DNA of 64,000 nucleotides from Rebecca billardiae RCC1528 (lineage: Eukaryota; Protista; Haptophyta). The DNA lies in assembly GCA_965240325.2 (NCBI GenBank), contig OZ251233.1, positions 1,488,001 through 1,552,000 on the forward strand, written 5' to 3'. Positions 32,941 through 44,490 of this stretch are shown in pieces (the first letter of the stretch is position 1; each line of letters opens with the position of its first letter). A program made the translations under genes and the position numbers. Below the pieces are notes generated by a model. It did no database searches and had not been told where the DNA came from. It saw only the letters and a list, made by a program, of their open reading frames with translations.

Positions 32941-35900
32941 ATGAGCCGCAGCGGTCGCAGCGCTCACGCGGGCGCGGCACGGCGGCAGCGCGTGCTGGCG
33001 GCGAGCTCGGCGGCAGGGCCCGCGGCGCGTGCGCTCGCGTGCGCCGCGCTCGCGTGCGCCACCGGCGCGCGCGCGCTCGCGACGGTCGACGTCTCGAGCG
33101 GCGGCGGCGTGAGCTGCGCGCGCGCGGCATGGAGCGGGGTCAGCTTCTGCTGGGGCGACAACCAGTTCGGCCAGCTCGGACTGGGCGACACGCTCAACCG
33201 CGGCGACCTGCGGCGCGAGATGGGCGACCGTCTCCCGGCCTTCAACCTCGGCGATTCTGAGGAGAGCGTCGAGCTCGTGCGCACGTCCGGCGTGCACACG
33301 TGCGCGGTGCTGCACGACGGCGAGGTGCGCTGCGTCGGGTACAACGCGCTCGGGCAGCTCGGTCTGGAGGACACGCAGAACCGCGGCGCGCGCGCGCGCG
33401 ACCTCGGCGGCTGGCTCCCAGCCGTGCACCTCGGCGCGCGCGCGCTCGCAATCGCCGTCGAGTGCTCGCGCCACCACACGTGCGCGCTGCTGGCCGGCGG
33501 CCGCGTGAAGTGCTGGGGCGCGAACACGCACGGGCAGCTCGGGGTGGGCGACCGCGCGCCGCGCGGCGTCGCGCGCGACGAGATGGGCGAGCGCCTCCCC
33601 GCCGTCGCGCTCCCGCCGCGCTCGGGCACCGCGGTCGGCATCGGGCTCGGCAGCGCGGCCGCGTGCGCGCTCACCGATCGGGGCAGCGTCGTCTGCTGGG
33701 GCGACATCCTGGGCGCGCCGGCGGGCGGGCTGGAGCCGATGGTGGTCCCGCTCGGCGCGCGCGAGCGCGCGTCGCAGCTCAGCGTGGCGGCGCGCGTGCT
33801 CTGCGCCACGCTCGGCTCCGGCCGCGTCAAGTGCGCGGGCGATAACAGCAGAGGCCAGCTCGGGCTGGGGGACCGGCGCTCGCGCGCGCTCGCTGAGGGC
33901 GGGCTGGGCCACCGGCACCCGGCGCTTGGGGACGGGCTCCCGCCGCTCGAGCTGGGCCGCGGGGTCGGCGCCGCCGCCGTGCACACCGGCGGGCTGCACA
34001 CCTGCGCGCACCTCCGCGGCGGCGCGGTCAAGTGCTGGGGGCTCGGCTACATGGGACAGCTTGGCTACGGGGACCGGCGCGACCGCGGCGCGGCCGCCGG
34101 CACGATGGGCGACTGGCTGCCCGCGGTGCCGCTCGACGCGGGGAGGCGCGCGGTGCACGTGCTCGCGTCCGAGCTGCACACGATGCTCTCCCTCGACGAC
34201 GGCACCGTGCGCTGCTTCGGCGGCGCCATGCAGGTGCGAAGAAGCGCGGCAGCGCGCCGCCCAGCCAGACAGTCGCGCCGCGCCGCGCGCCGAGCCACGA
34301 TGCCCGCGCGAGCCGGGCCGCATACTCACGCGCGACCCTCGCGCCGCGGCGCACGGCGCGCGCGCAGGGCCGGCTGGGCTACGGCGACACGTTCTTGCGA
34401 GGCGACACCCCCGCAACCACGCCGGCAGACCTGCCCGCGGTGCCCCTGCCCTTTGAGTTGGCCGCCGAGAGCCCGGCGCCGCCGCCGCCGCCGGCCGTGC
34501 GCCGGAGCTGGCTGCCGCCGCCCGCGGCGCCCTGGCCGCCGTCGCCGCTGCCGCCGCGTCCGCCGCCCGCGCGGCCGCCGCGCTCGCCGCCGACGCCGCC
34601 GCCTGGCCGGCCGCCGCATGCGCCGCCGACGCCGCCGCCGCACCCGCCGCCACGACTGCCGCCGAGCAGGCCGCCCGCGCCGCCGCCTTCGCCGCTGCCC
34701 GCACGGCCGCCCGCCCCGCCGCCTTCGCCGAGGCCGGCGGTGCCGCCCGCCCCGCCGCCGTCCTCTCCGCCGCCGCCGCCGCCGCTGCCGCCGCCATCGC
34801 CGCTGCCCTCGGCGCCTCCGCAGCCTCCGCCGCACCCGCCGCCGCCGCCGCCGCCGGCCCGGCCGCCGCCGCCGCCGCCGAGCCCGCCACCCTCGCCGCC
34901 GCCCACACCGCCGCCAAGCCCACCGCCTTGGGCGCCGCCGTCGCCGCCGCCCGGCCCGCCGCCGAGCGCGCCCCCGAGCCCGCCGCCGCCATCGCCGCCG
35001 CCGAGCCCGCCGCCGCCACCGCCGCCGAGCCCGCCGCCGCCACCGCCGCCGCCGTCGCCGCCGCCGCCCGGCCCGCCGCCCAGCCCGCCGCCACCCCCGC
35101 CGCCCAGCCCGCCGCCGCCGCCGCCGCCCAGCCCGCCGCCGCCAAGCCCGCTCCCGCCGCCCGCGCCGCCGCGCGCCCCGCCGCCGCCCTCGCCCTTCAG
35201 CCCGCCGCCGCTGTCGCCTCCCGGAAGCTTCACCCTCGCCGCCATGCACATTGGCTCCGAGGCGCGCACCCTGTCCCTCGCCGCGCGCGCGCGCATGGAG
35301 GGCGGGCTCGCCGCGCTGCTGCACTGCCCGGCGGAGTGGGTGCGCGTGCAGACGGTCGAGGCGCGTGAGCACGTGCCGCCGCGCCGCCGCGCCGAGCTGC
35401 CGGCCGGCGCGGAGGGCACGACCAGGCACCTGGTCGCTTTCATCTCGTTCTTCTGGGCGGACGCTCGGCGGCTGCATGGCGTGCAGAGAGTGGTAGGCGA
35501 GGGCTCGGCGCACGCGCTCCGCGACGCCACCGGGCAGCGAGTGCTGTGGGTGGAGTTTGTGGACGCCCCACCGAACCCGCCGCCGACGCCGCCGCCACCC
35601 TCTTCGCCGCCGCCGGGCGCGCCGCCGACGCCGCCGCCGTCCGCGCCACCGCCGCCGCCGCCATCGCCGCCGCCGCCGCCGCCGCCGTCGCCGTCGCCGC
35701 CGCCGCCGAGCCCACCGCCCTCGCCGCCACCGCGTCCGCCGCCCTCGCCCTCGCCGCCGCCGCCGCCCAGCCCGCCGCCGCCCAGCCCGCTGCCACCACC
35801 ACCGCTGCCTCCGCCGCCGCCGCCGCCCAGCCCGCCGCCGCCCAGCCCGCCGCCACCGCCGCCACCATCGCCGCCGCCACCGAGCCCGCGACCGCCGCCG

Positions 35901-36824
35901 CCGCCGCATCCTCCGCCGCCGCCGCCATCGCGGCCGCCGCCGCCGCCAACGGGCTCGCCGCGTCCACCGCCCTCGCCGCCCAAGCCGCCGCCGCCCTCGC
36001 CCAGCCCGCCGCCACCGCCGCCGCCCTCGCCGCCGCCGCCCTCGCCGCCGCCGCCCTCGCCCTCGCCGCCGCCGCCGCCCGCGCCGCCGCCGCCCTCGCC
36101 CTCGCCGCCGCCGCCCACACACCCAGTGCCCGTGCCGCCGCCCGCGCCGCCCGCGCACCCTCCGCCGAGCGGGCGCGCAGCGAGCGACGGCAGCGGCGAC
36201 GGAGCCGGCTTCTCGCGGTGGGGCCTCCCCGGCAGCGGCGGCAGTCGGGGCCCGACGCTCGGTGGCGGCCGGGGCGGCGGCCCGACCCTCGGCGGCGGGC
36301 GCGGGGGCGCGATCACGCGGCGGCCGGGGCGCGCTCGGCCGGGCACGGGCAGCGCGGGCCAGCTGGCGCTGCTGCTGCTCGTCATCGTCGCGAGCGTGCT
36401 CGGCGCGTGCTGCACGTGGTCGGCGGTGCGCGCCGTCTTCGGCCGCACCAGCTGTTGGCACCGCACCTCGCGCGCGCTCGGCGGCGGCTGCGACTCGCTC
36501 CGCCGGCTGATGTGGCGGCTCTGGGGCGAGCGGCTGGACACGTACGTCGAGGTGATCGACGAGCGAGACGGCTTCAGCCCGAGCAAGCGGCCGGTCTCGC
36601 GTTCAAAGTCGAACCTGCACGCGGCCGCGCGGCGCGAGGGCGAGAGGACCGCGTCGCCCGCGGTGCGCGGCCGCGCGGGCTACGGCGGCCGCCCGGCGCC
36701 GCTGCTGCACGGCGGCTCGGACTCGACGCTCACCAGCGGGCCGCGCAGCGGCCGGGCGGGAGTGCGCTTCGCGCAGAACGGCGCCGGCGCGCGCGCCGGC
36801 GGCCAGCGCTCGCCCTTCGTGTGA
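32941..36824 (+). CDS. RCC1-repeat (beta-propeller) protein with Pro-rich stalk, SEA-like module and C-terminal TM; exons 32941-34233, 34368-36824 (~1,249 aa)
   Basis: Repeats HTCA..G.VKCWG.N..GQLG.GD...RG....MG..LP.V.L. GT-AG intron 34234-34367 restores FGGAMQ-GRLGYGD. Two SPPP blocks; TM LALLLLVIVASVLGACCTWSAV. Start codon uncertain (an in-frame ATG also exists at 32788). Confidence 0.85.
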
Positions 36825-37689
36825 TTCGAGGCGCCTGACCAGTCAGCAGTGCTACGACTGCTATACTACTGTACCGCCCTTGCCCTTGGCTATATATATC
36901 TCTTTTACTTTTTAGTTCGGGCCGCGGGGAAGATACTCGCTAGCGTACTCTTCGATGGCGCTCCGGCGCGCGTGTCGGCGTGAGCTCTGACGGCCGGCGC
37001 GTAAGGGGGCGCGCGCGAGGGCGGCCGCGGGCGCGATTGATGCAGCCTGGCCCTGGGACCTCTGAACGACAACTCTGACATGACGAGACCTTCTCTTCAG
37101 TCTCTTGGACCGGTATTCCGATGATCGGCCGACGACGGCCTGCCGGCCCTGCCGCACTCCCCGCAGCTCCAGAGGCGACGGTGCGCTCGATGACGGTCGT
37201 GATTTGGATGACTGCAGATCATCGTCGTCAGGGGGCCGAGTGACGACGGCCAACAGTGATGACGATGATCTGCTGAGAGTCAGAGAGTCAGAGAGTCAGA
37301 CTCACTACTCAGACGATCGAGTCGTCAGAGTGCCAGCACGAGACTCTGTCGAGAGACCGAGCCTCGGACCAAGGGCGAAAGGCCGGCGGAGAGAGGCGGC
37401 CAGAATAGCGCGCTGAATAGAGTCCGCGGGAGTCAGTCCGCCAGTACGGAGATGACGGGAAGTAACGGCGGAGTGAGATTCACGGATAGTCTTCGGAGCG
37501 CATATGCAGCACTGCTGAGCATCAGTCGCAGCAGACGGTCAGACCTCGGAGGCTTCCGAAGACGCGGTTCACGAGTCGTCGTCATCCGATTCAGTAGAGC
37601 CCACGGAATTTCTCATCAATTGACAATTTGACGGTCCGCGACTACTCCGTCTGCTCACGGCACACTGCTGCACCAAGACTGCAGCAGCG

Positions 37690-38430
37690 TCACCACGCGG
37701 GGCGTGCGGGCGCCACGTAGTCGGCCGCGCCCGGCGTGCGGTAGGTCGGCTTGAGATGGTCCGGGCGTGTATCACGGCGTATGTTCTTCTGTTTGCTCCG
37801 CGTCTTCCGCCGCTTGCCCGCGCGCCCCGGCGCGTCGTCGCCCGAATTGCGCGCTGGATGCGCATCCGCGGCGGGAGCCGCGCTCTCCGCCCGCCCCGGT
37901 GAGCCGCTGGCCGCTTTCCGCGCTGGCTCGGCTGGCGTCTCGCTCTCGTCCTCGCGTGCGGCCGCCGTGCGCTGCGACTTGCCCTTCCGCTTCTTGCTCG
38001 TCACCGCCCCCTGAGCTCCGACGGCGGGCGCAGCTGCGTCCAGCCGCGCCGGGGCCCTGGCGGCGATCACGGCGCTGCGCCCAAGCTCCTCCTCCTCGTC
38101 GCTGTCGGCGCTGCTGTGCGCGGCGTCCGCGTCCCCACTAGCGGCGGTGGATGCCTTGCGCCCCTGCGCACGCTCGAGCTCCTCGCGCGCCTCGCGTCGC
38201 TGCTGCTTCTTCAGGCTCTTCTGCAGCTTGCTCGTGGCGAGGTCGTCAGTAGGGGCCTGCGCGCCTGCCGGCTTGGTCGGCTCGGCGGACGCACCGAGGC
38301 CGAGGCGCGCGGGCCGCGCGCTCGGCAGCTCGGAGGGCTGCGAGGCGCGCGCGTCAGTAGCGGCGGCATCCTCACCGCACCACCCTGCGACGATCTTGAG
38401 CGCCTTGTTCGACGCGACGATGCTCGGCAT
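37690..38430 (-). CDS. Conserved-looking basic/acidic nuclear protein, DUF3245-like (246 aa)
   Basis: ATG at 38430. Motifs KALKIVAGW, RPARLGLGA, KLQKSLKK, DSDEEEELGRSA and a basic C-terminus RRKTRSKQKNIRRDTRP. Family name recalled, not searched. Confidence 0.65.
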   Translation of the reverse strand: MPSIVASNKALKIVAGWCGEDAAATDARASQPSELPSARPARLGLGASAEPTKPAGAQAPTDDLATSKLQKSLKKQQRREAREELERAQGRKASTAASGDADAAHSSADSDEEEELGRSAVIAARAPARLDAAAPAVGAQGAVTSKKRKGKSQRTAAAREDESETPAEPARKAASGSPGRAESAAPAADAHPARNSGDDAPGRAGKRRKTRSKQKNIRRDTRPDHLKPTYRTPGAADYVAPARPAW

Positions 38431-38621
38431 CGTGGACAAGGCCCGCCCGGGCGGCCACGATGGCGCCGCCACTTTCGGAATTTGCGCGCGTCGAGGGCCG
38501 CCATCGTTGATCGGCCGAGCCCGGTCTCGCACACGCCTGGCCGAGTGGCCGGCCACCCGGCCGCTCGCGCGGAGAGAGCGGGACCGGCCGCCGGTGGAGC
38601 CGCGCGCGTGCGTCGTCCTCC

Positions 38622-39239
38622 ATGGCCCGCCTGCTGCGCTCGTGCTGCCCGTGCCTCAGGCGAGGCCCCGGAATTATCGAGCGCTTTCACCACGCGCAGG
38701 ACAAGAAGAAGGCGACGGTCGACAAGGAGACAAAGGGGCTGCTCTCGGAGACGTACGGCCTCGACGAGGAAGTGGATGGCGGAGAGGAGGGTACGCTCAT
38801 CCCCGCGCGCACGCCCGAGCACAGCGGTCACCAGTCCTCTCACCTCGCCCGCCGCGCCGCGCCGCGCGCCATGTGCGCTACTGCCGCGCAGGCGAGGCAG
38901 CCATGGAGCTGCAGGGACCGATCTCGTCGGAGCGGATCAAGGCGCTCCTCGACCGGCAGGTGTGCGCCTCGCCACACGCGCACCACCGCCCCTCGCCGCC
39001 CCCGTGCCCCCACCTCCGCCCGCGACTCCTCCCACCACCGTCCCTTCCATCTCGCGCCCGACTCGCCGCGCGAGCAGGTCGCCCTCACTTCTGAGATCGA
39101 GAATGAATTCGACGACGACGACGACGAGGGGGACGACGGCGAGGAAGACGGCGCGGACGGCGCGGAAGGGGACCACGGGGACGAGGAGGACGAGGAGGAC
39201 GAGGGCGGCGCCGCGATCGTCAAGCCTCCAAGGGCGTAG
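38622..39239 (+). CDS. Small acidic protein with N-terminal CCPC motif; exons 38622-38790, 38892-38959, 39078-39239 (132 aa)
   Basis: Two GT-AG introns (38791-38891, 38960-39077) give a 399-nt frame with coding-like codon usage: ...GEEG-EAAMELQGPISSERIKALLDRQ-VALTSEIENEFDDDD... Confidence 0.75.
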   Translation: MARLLRSCCPCLRRGPGIIERFHHAQDKKKATVDKETKGLLSETYGLDEEVDGGEEGTLIPARTPEHSGHQSSHLARRAAPRAMCATAAQARQPWSCRDRSRRSGSRRSSTGRCAPRHTRTTAPRRPRAPTSARDSSHHRPFHLAPDSPREQVALTSEIENEFDDDDDEGDDGEEDGADGAEGDHGDEEDEEDEGGAAIVKPPRA

Positions 39240-39339
39240 TCCGCCGGGCTGTGCGGGATCGCTGGTCGCGGTGCGACTGCGAGGCAGCCTCCCACGGCCA
39301 CGCCCTCGTGGCGGGTAGGGTCGGGCGCGTCCCCGCGCG

Positions 39340-39430
39340 CAGGCTGCGTCGAGCGGCTCCGCCACGCGCATCACAGCCAGAGCGCGCCCCCACGCTCAGG
39401 CTGCGTCGAGCGGCTCCGCCACGCGCATCA
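39340..39430. repeat. 34-bp direct repeat, two copies
   Basis: CAGGCTGCGTCGAGCGGCTCCGCCACGCGCATCA at 39340-39373 and 39397-39430. Confidence 0.85.
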
Positions 39431-40211
39431 TAACAGCCACGTCGAGGCGCCCAGTCACCGCCAGCCGCCACTCGCCGCCTGCGCCAACGCCCAACCCAGA
39501 ACCCAGAATATAATGCAGATATGAATATGGTCGTCGTCATCATGCTGCTTAGATTGCGCAGCATGCTATATTTGCTGCGCGCTATCATTTATTCATCATC
39601 TAGATAATGCTGATGTGCGCGTGATGCGATTGACGCGTAATAATCAGGATGGCGACTACGAGTGTCGAGTACGACGATATTTATTGATGGCTGATCAGCC
39701 TGATCACTCCTGCTGATCACTGATGCCGTCGATGATCGCGGTCCGGGTGATGGCCCGGCGTCTTTACTGTGTGCGCGCCGCACTACGCGGCATGCACGGC
39801 GCGCGGTCCCGCGACGACGGACCGACGGCTCCGTCGGCGGCTCCGGAGAGTCCAGTCCGACTGAGTAGTAGTGAGATGACAGGGTCGGTCGGCTGAGTCC
39901 GACTCGCTCGGCCATTGATATGCGGCAGCATTATTATCCGAAATAATAACTCAATAATAATAAGGTCGATCGATCTGCTGCTGACTCATCAGTCATCATC
40001 AAACAAACAGCATCAGGCACAACAGTGGCTCGGGACTGCATGAACGCATCGTCGGCGGGGTGATGCCCGCTGATGGCGCCCGCACCCGCAGCGCGCGCAC
40101 GCGGCGCGGCCGGTCCGAGTACTGGCTGTACTGGGGGTTCACACGTAGCAGTGGGATGGTGTGCTGCAACCTTCGAGTCGATCCCGCGCATGCGGCGGGA
40201 TGCGTAACACA

Positions 40212-43200
40212 TCAGACGAGAGCCAGCTGCTCGTCGGCAGCCGCAACAGCCGCTGCAGCCTTGGACGCAGCCTGCGCACGGCGGCGAGCGCGCAGCCGGG
40301 CGATGGCGACGACCACGGCAGTCATCGCCGAGACGGCGAGCAACCCGGCGCCGAGCTCGAGAACAGCAGTCGCAGGTGCATCCGTGTCAACGGCGTGGAG
40401 CTTGCGGGTGTGCGTGAACCGCGAAGTGCATTGGCCGTTCAGCCAGCAGACGAAGCGCATCAGCTCGCGGGTCGAGAGGGCCGAGGCCGTGATGCGCTGC
40501 GCGCGAGAGGTGGCGGTGCAGTGGCAGGGCGCGCACGCCGCACGCCGAGGACTCCAGCAGGTGAGCTTGATGCAGCGGTGGGCGCACGTCACGGCCGGCC
40601 GCTCGCGCGCAGTGCACACGCACCCACAGGACGCACTGGAAGCTCTGGCAGCCGATGGGCTCGTTCTTTCGGATCAGCTTGTCATTCGCGTCGCCTTTCA
40701 CCTTGTCGTAGATGTCGTAGTAGATCTTGTCGTAGTAGCCGTTCTGCGCATAGATCGTGTCAGCGCCTGCGCCGCCGTCGATGACGTTGTAGCCCTTGCC
40801 AGCAGTGATGACGTCGTCACCATCGCCGCCTGCGCGCGGTCGCGGCCGCCGGGCCGTGGTCATCGCAAAGGTGCGCTCCGCACGGGATCGGCGCATCAAC
40901 GCGGGGTGCGGCGCCGCCGACGCCGCGCTCACCGTAAAGGTAGCTCGTGGCCTTGCCGCCCAGGTTATCGCCACCGACGACCACATCGTCGCCCGCGCCG
41001 CCGTACAGCTTGTTGAGCACGTTTCCACCCGCTCCAGGAGTGGAAACTTCGTCGATGCCGCCGTTGCCGCCGTAGATGCTGTCGTCGCCATCACCGCCTG
41101 CGCGCAGCCGCAGAGCGCGGAGTGGAGACGCGCGCGCACGCATGCACAGGCGCGGCGTGGAAGGGAAGGTGCGGCAGCCGTCGGATGGATGCGCTCTCGC
41201 GGCGCGCGCGCGCTGCGGGAAGGGCTGCTTTGCGCGCTGGGCCGCGCAGGCTCACCCTCAGCGCGATTGTATGCCTTGCCAGCAGTACCGCCGGAACCAT
41301 CGGCATAGCCCCCGTCTCCAGCGTAGATCTTGTCGGCGCCCGCGCCGCCATAGAGGTAGTTGGTCACGGAGCCGCCCGTACCCCCGACGCCATATCCGGC
41401 CGCCGCGTCACCGGCAGTGATGATGTCGTCGCCGTCGTCGCCGTACGCTTTGGCAACGCTGGCGCCGCCATAAGCCTTGCCAGAAGCGCTGCTGCTGCTG
41501 CCATATCCGGCAGAGCCAGACCTGATGATGTCGTCGCCAGCCCCACCGCGAAGCGTCGCCGTGACGGAGCCGGCCTGTGCTGCGCCTGGGGTAGCAGAGG
41601 AGGATTCGGCCCAGCCGCCGCCGTCGGCCTGGAGGTAGTCATTGCCGTCGCCACCACTGAGGGTCGCGACGACCGAGCCGCCCCGCGCATACCCACCATA
41701 GGCGTTGCCGCCGGCGTTGCCGTTGGCATCGGCAACCCTGAGGATGTCCTCGCCGTCGCCACCGCTGAGCGAGGCCGTCAGCGAGCCGCCCTGCGCACTG
41801 TAGGCCTCCTGCCCCGCATAGTTCGTGGCATAGCCGGCGCCGTAGACCCGGATTTCGTCGTCGCCCGCACCGCCAGCAAGCGTCGCGCTCGTAGAGCCGC
41901 CCCTCGAGTCGTAGCCAGCGCCCCAGCCTGCGTATCTCACGATGAGGGTGTCGTCGCCCGCACCGCCGTCAGCGGTGACGGTCTGGGCGCCGCCCACCGA
42001 GTCTTGAGTCGACGGCCTCCCTCCCTGGTGACTGGCCCAGCCGCTGCCGTCCGCCGTGAGATAATCGTCTCCATCGCCGAGACTAACCGTTGCGGTATTC
42101 GACCCGCCCGTGCCGTACGCGCCCCATGCACCTCCGTAATATAGCTCGACGGTGTCGTCGCCGCCGCCTGCGTTGATGTTGGTCGTCACGTCCCCACCCT
42201 CTCCGTGGTCATATCCGTGGCCGGCGCCGTAGATGCGGATGACGTCGTCGCCGGCGCCGGCGTCGATCGTCGAGGTGACCGAGCCACCCTTCGCCCCGGC
42301 GGAACCCGTGTACATGGAGTTCGACCAGCCGCCGCGCTTGGTATAGACAAAGTCATCGCCATCGCCCACGTCGATGTCGACGATCACCGAGCCGCCCTGC
42401 GCAGTGCCGTCATTCCCGTAGCCGCCCCCGTCCACTTGGACCCAGTCGTCGCCCGCGCCGCCGACGACCTTCGCCTCCAGAAGGCCGGCCTGAGAGTTGG
42501 CCCCGATTGCCCAGCCAGATTGGTAGACTCGGAAGTAGTCGCCGACGCCGTCAAGGTAGCCGCCCCCGTTGAGGTAGTTGTACACAGCTCCGCCGATCCC
42601 GCCGGCGTCGGCTCTGCCTGACGACCCTCCGAAGAGCTTGTCAAACCCAAGTCCACCTGCGCGGCGCGCGAGAGCGGGCGGCGTCGGGAGTGGCGGGCAG
42701 CGGAGGCACGAGTGAGATTCCTTCTCGCACCGGGCCGGCCGAGCCCGCGCGGCGCATCATCATCGCGCCGAGGAGCGGATGGCCATCGGCGCGCAGATTC
42801 GCGTGCGCGCATGCGACGCGCGAGCCCGTGCCATAGACCAAGTTCTTCGCGTAACCGCCGTCGTTCCGATCGCCGGCGGTGCTGTCCCCGCCGTCCCCGC
42901 CGTAAAGCAGGTCCCACCCACCGTACCCGTAGATCTCGTTGTAGGAGTTGGTGACGGGGCCACTCGCACCATAGGACCCGTCCTTGCCTATGAGGGTGTT
43001 CGGGTTCGCGTCACCCCGGAGAGCCACCAGCGCGCGGCCGCGACGGGCGCCATGCTCCCTGCGCGCGTGCGGCACGCGCACGCGGAGCCGCGCTGCTGAC
43101 GGACGCGACCGCGGGCACCCGCGCCGCAGCACACACGGGGCACGTGGCACAGACGCGCGCGCAGCAGCGGTGGCGGCGCACGAGTACAGTAGTCGCGCGT

Positions 43201-43280
43201 CGCACGTACCGCGAGGCAGCGCAGAGCGCCGCGGCGCAAGCCAGGAGGACGTAGACGAGCAGCGCGACCCCGCGAGCCAT
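40212..43280 (-). CDS. Signal peptide + RTX/hemolysin-type Ca2+-binding repeat protein + C-terminal TM; exons 43280-43210, 43058-42832, 42656-41256, 41097-40933, 40829-40624, 40496-40212 (784 aa)
   Basis: MARGVALLVYVLLACAAALCAA signal peptide. More than 15 GGxGxDxI/L nonapeptides (GGAGDDEIR, GGDGNDYLQ, GGAGADKIY). Five introns, one GC-AG (42657-42831), give 2,355 nt in frame. TM LGAGLLAVSAMTAVVVAIA followed by RLRARRR. The last intron is the least certain. Confidence 0.85.
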
Positions 43281-43753
43281 CCTCGCCAGCGAGGGCGCAG
43301 CACGCCGCGTGGGTCGCAACAGGGCCAACAGCCTACAAAATATTAGCGCGCCGCGCCTGTGACCAAGTTTTAGGCGCGAGCGTGGGGGCGGGCGCCGGGC
43401 GGGGCCGGGTAGATACACATCACCAATCACCTAGCAGACACCTGTATCACCATCATTATTATTATAAATAAATGGGATGGTGATAGGGGGCCCATATATT
43501 ATTTTGAGTAAAGAACCATCAAATAGTTCAGTTACAACCATCAAAGGACCGCCATCAAGTGCTTTATGATAATAAGCGTTTGAGTTTTGGGGGAAAATCT
43601 CACCAATCAAGCTGAAGCGCAGATCGAATCTCGCCTGGCTGATGAGCTACAAACGGACTGAAATTGTTTCGTCATCGTCCTTGTTGCAAGGGTGGTCACG
43701 GCCCCTCGCTGCTGAGCACGCCGAGCGATCTGGCGCGGTCTCGCGGCTTGTTT

Positions 43754-44489
43754 AGATGGCCTCGCGCGCCGCGCGCGCCTTGCCCGGCTTCGCCTGTCTC
43801 CGGCGCCTCGGCCGCCGTGCACGCATGCGCCGCCAAACCGCAAGCTCGGCATACCTCTCAGCCAAGCGTGCACGTGCCTTGCGCGACGCGACGCGGGCAT
43901 TGCCGCCGGGCGATGCAGCCGTAGTGTGAGCGCGCGCCGTGAAGCCTCGGCGCGGATCGAGAGCAATGAAATGATGCCGCGTACGCGCGTGCGGACCGTC
44001 TGTGCGTTGAGCTAGCACTCAGAGCAGTGCTGAAAAAGCTTGACGATTGACTTTCTTGCCGGGGCGATCGTCATGTCGCATCGTCACGCCAGGCCCGCAC
44101 GCACGTCATAGTACCGTATGCCTTCTTGGCTACAACGCTCGACTAGTCTTCACGAGTTGCAGCGTCGCGATAGCCCTTCGTTCAACGGAGGACCGTGATG
44201 TCCATTGGTGGTTGGTGCCGTCAGCAGTTGTCGACAGCTGGCCGAGACGTTGAAGACACTCTCGATCCGCGCCGAGGCTTCACGGCGCGCGCTCACACTA
44301 CGGCTGCATCGCCCGGCGGCAATGCCCGCGTCGCGTCGCGCATGGCACGTGCACGCTCGGCTGAGAGGTATGGCCGAGCTTGCGGTTTGGCGGCGCATGC
44401 GTGCACGGCGGCCGAGGCGCGAGACAGGCCCTCTGAGACAGGCGAAGCCTGGCAAGGCGCGCGGCGCGCTGCGGCGCGCCAGGCCATCT
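43754..44489. repeat. Long inverted repeat: arms 43754-43963 and 44259-44489, ~295-bp spacer
   Basis: The reverse complement of 43754-43963 (CTCTCGATCCGCGCCGAGGCTTCACGG...AGGCCATCT) matches 44259-44489 with few substitutions and small indels. Confidence 0.9.
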
Positions 44490-44490
44490 C

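Noticed and set aside
40212-43280. RTX gene as bacterial contamination or a type-I secretion toxin operon
   Set aside because: Contains host-style spliceosomal introns and an ER signal; no ABC/MFP/acyltransferase genes or toxin domain nearby.
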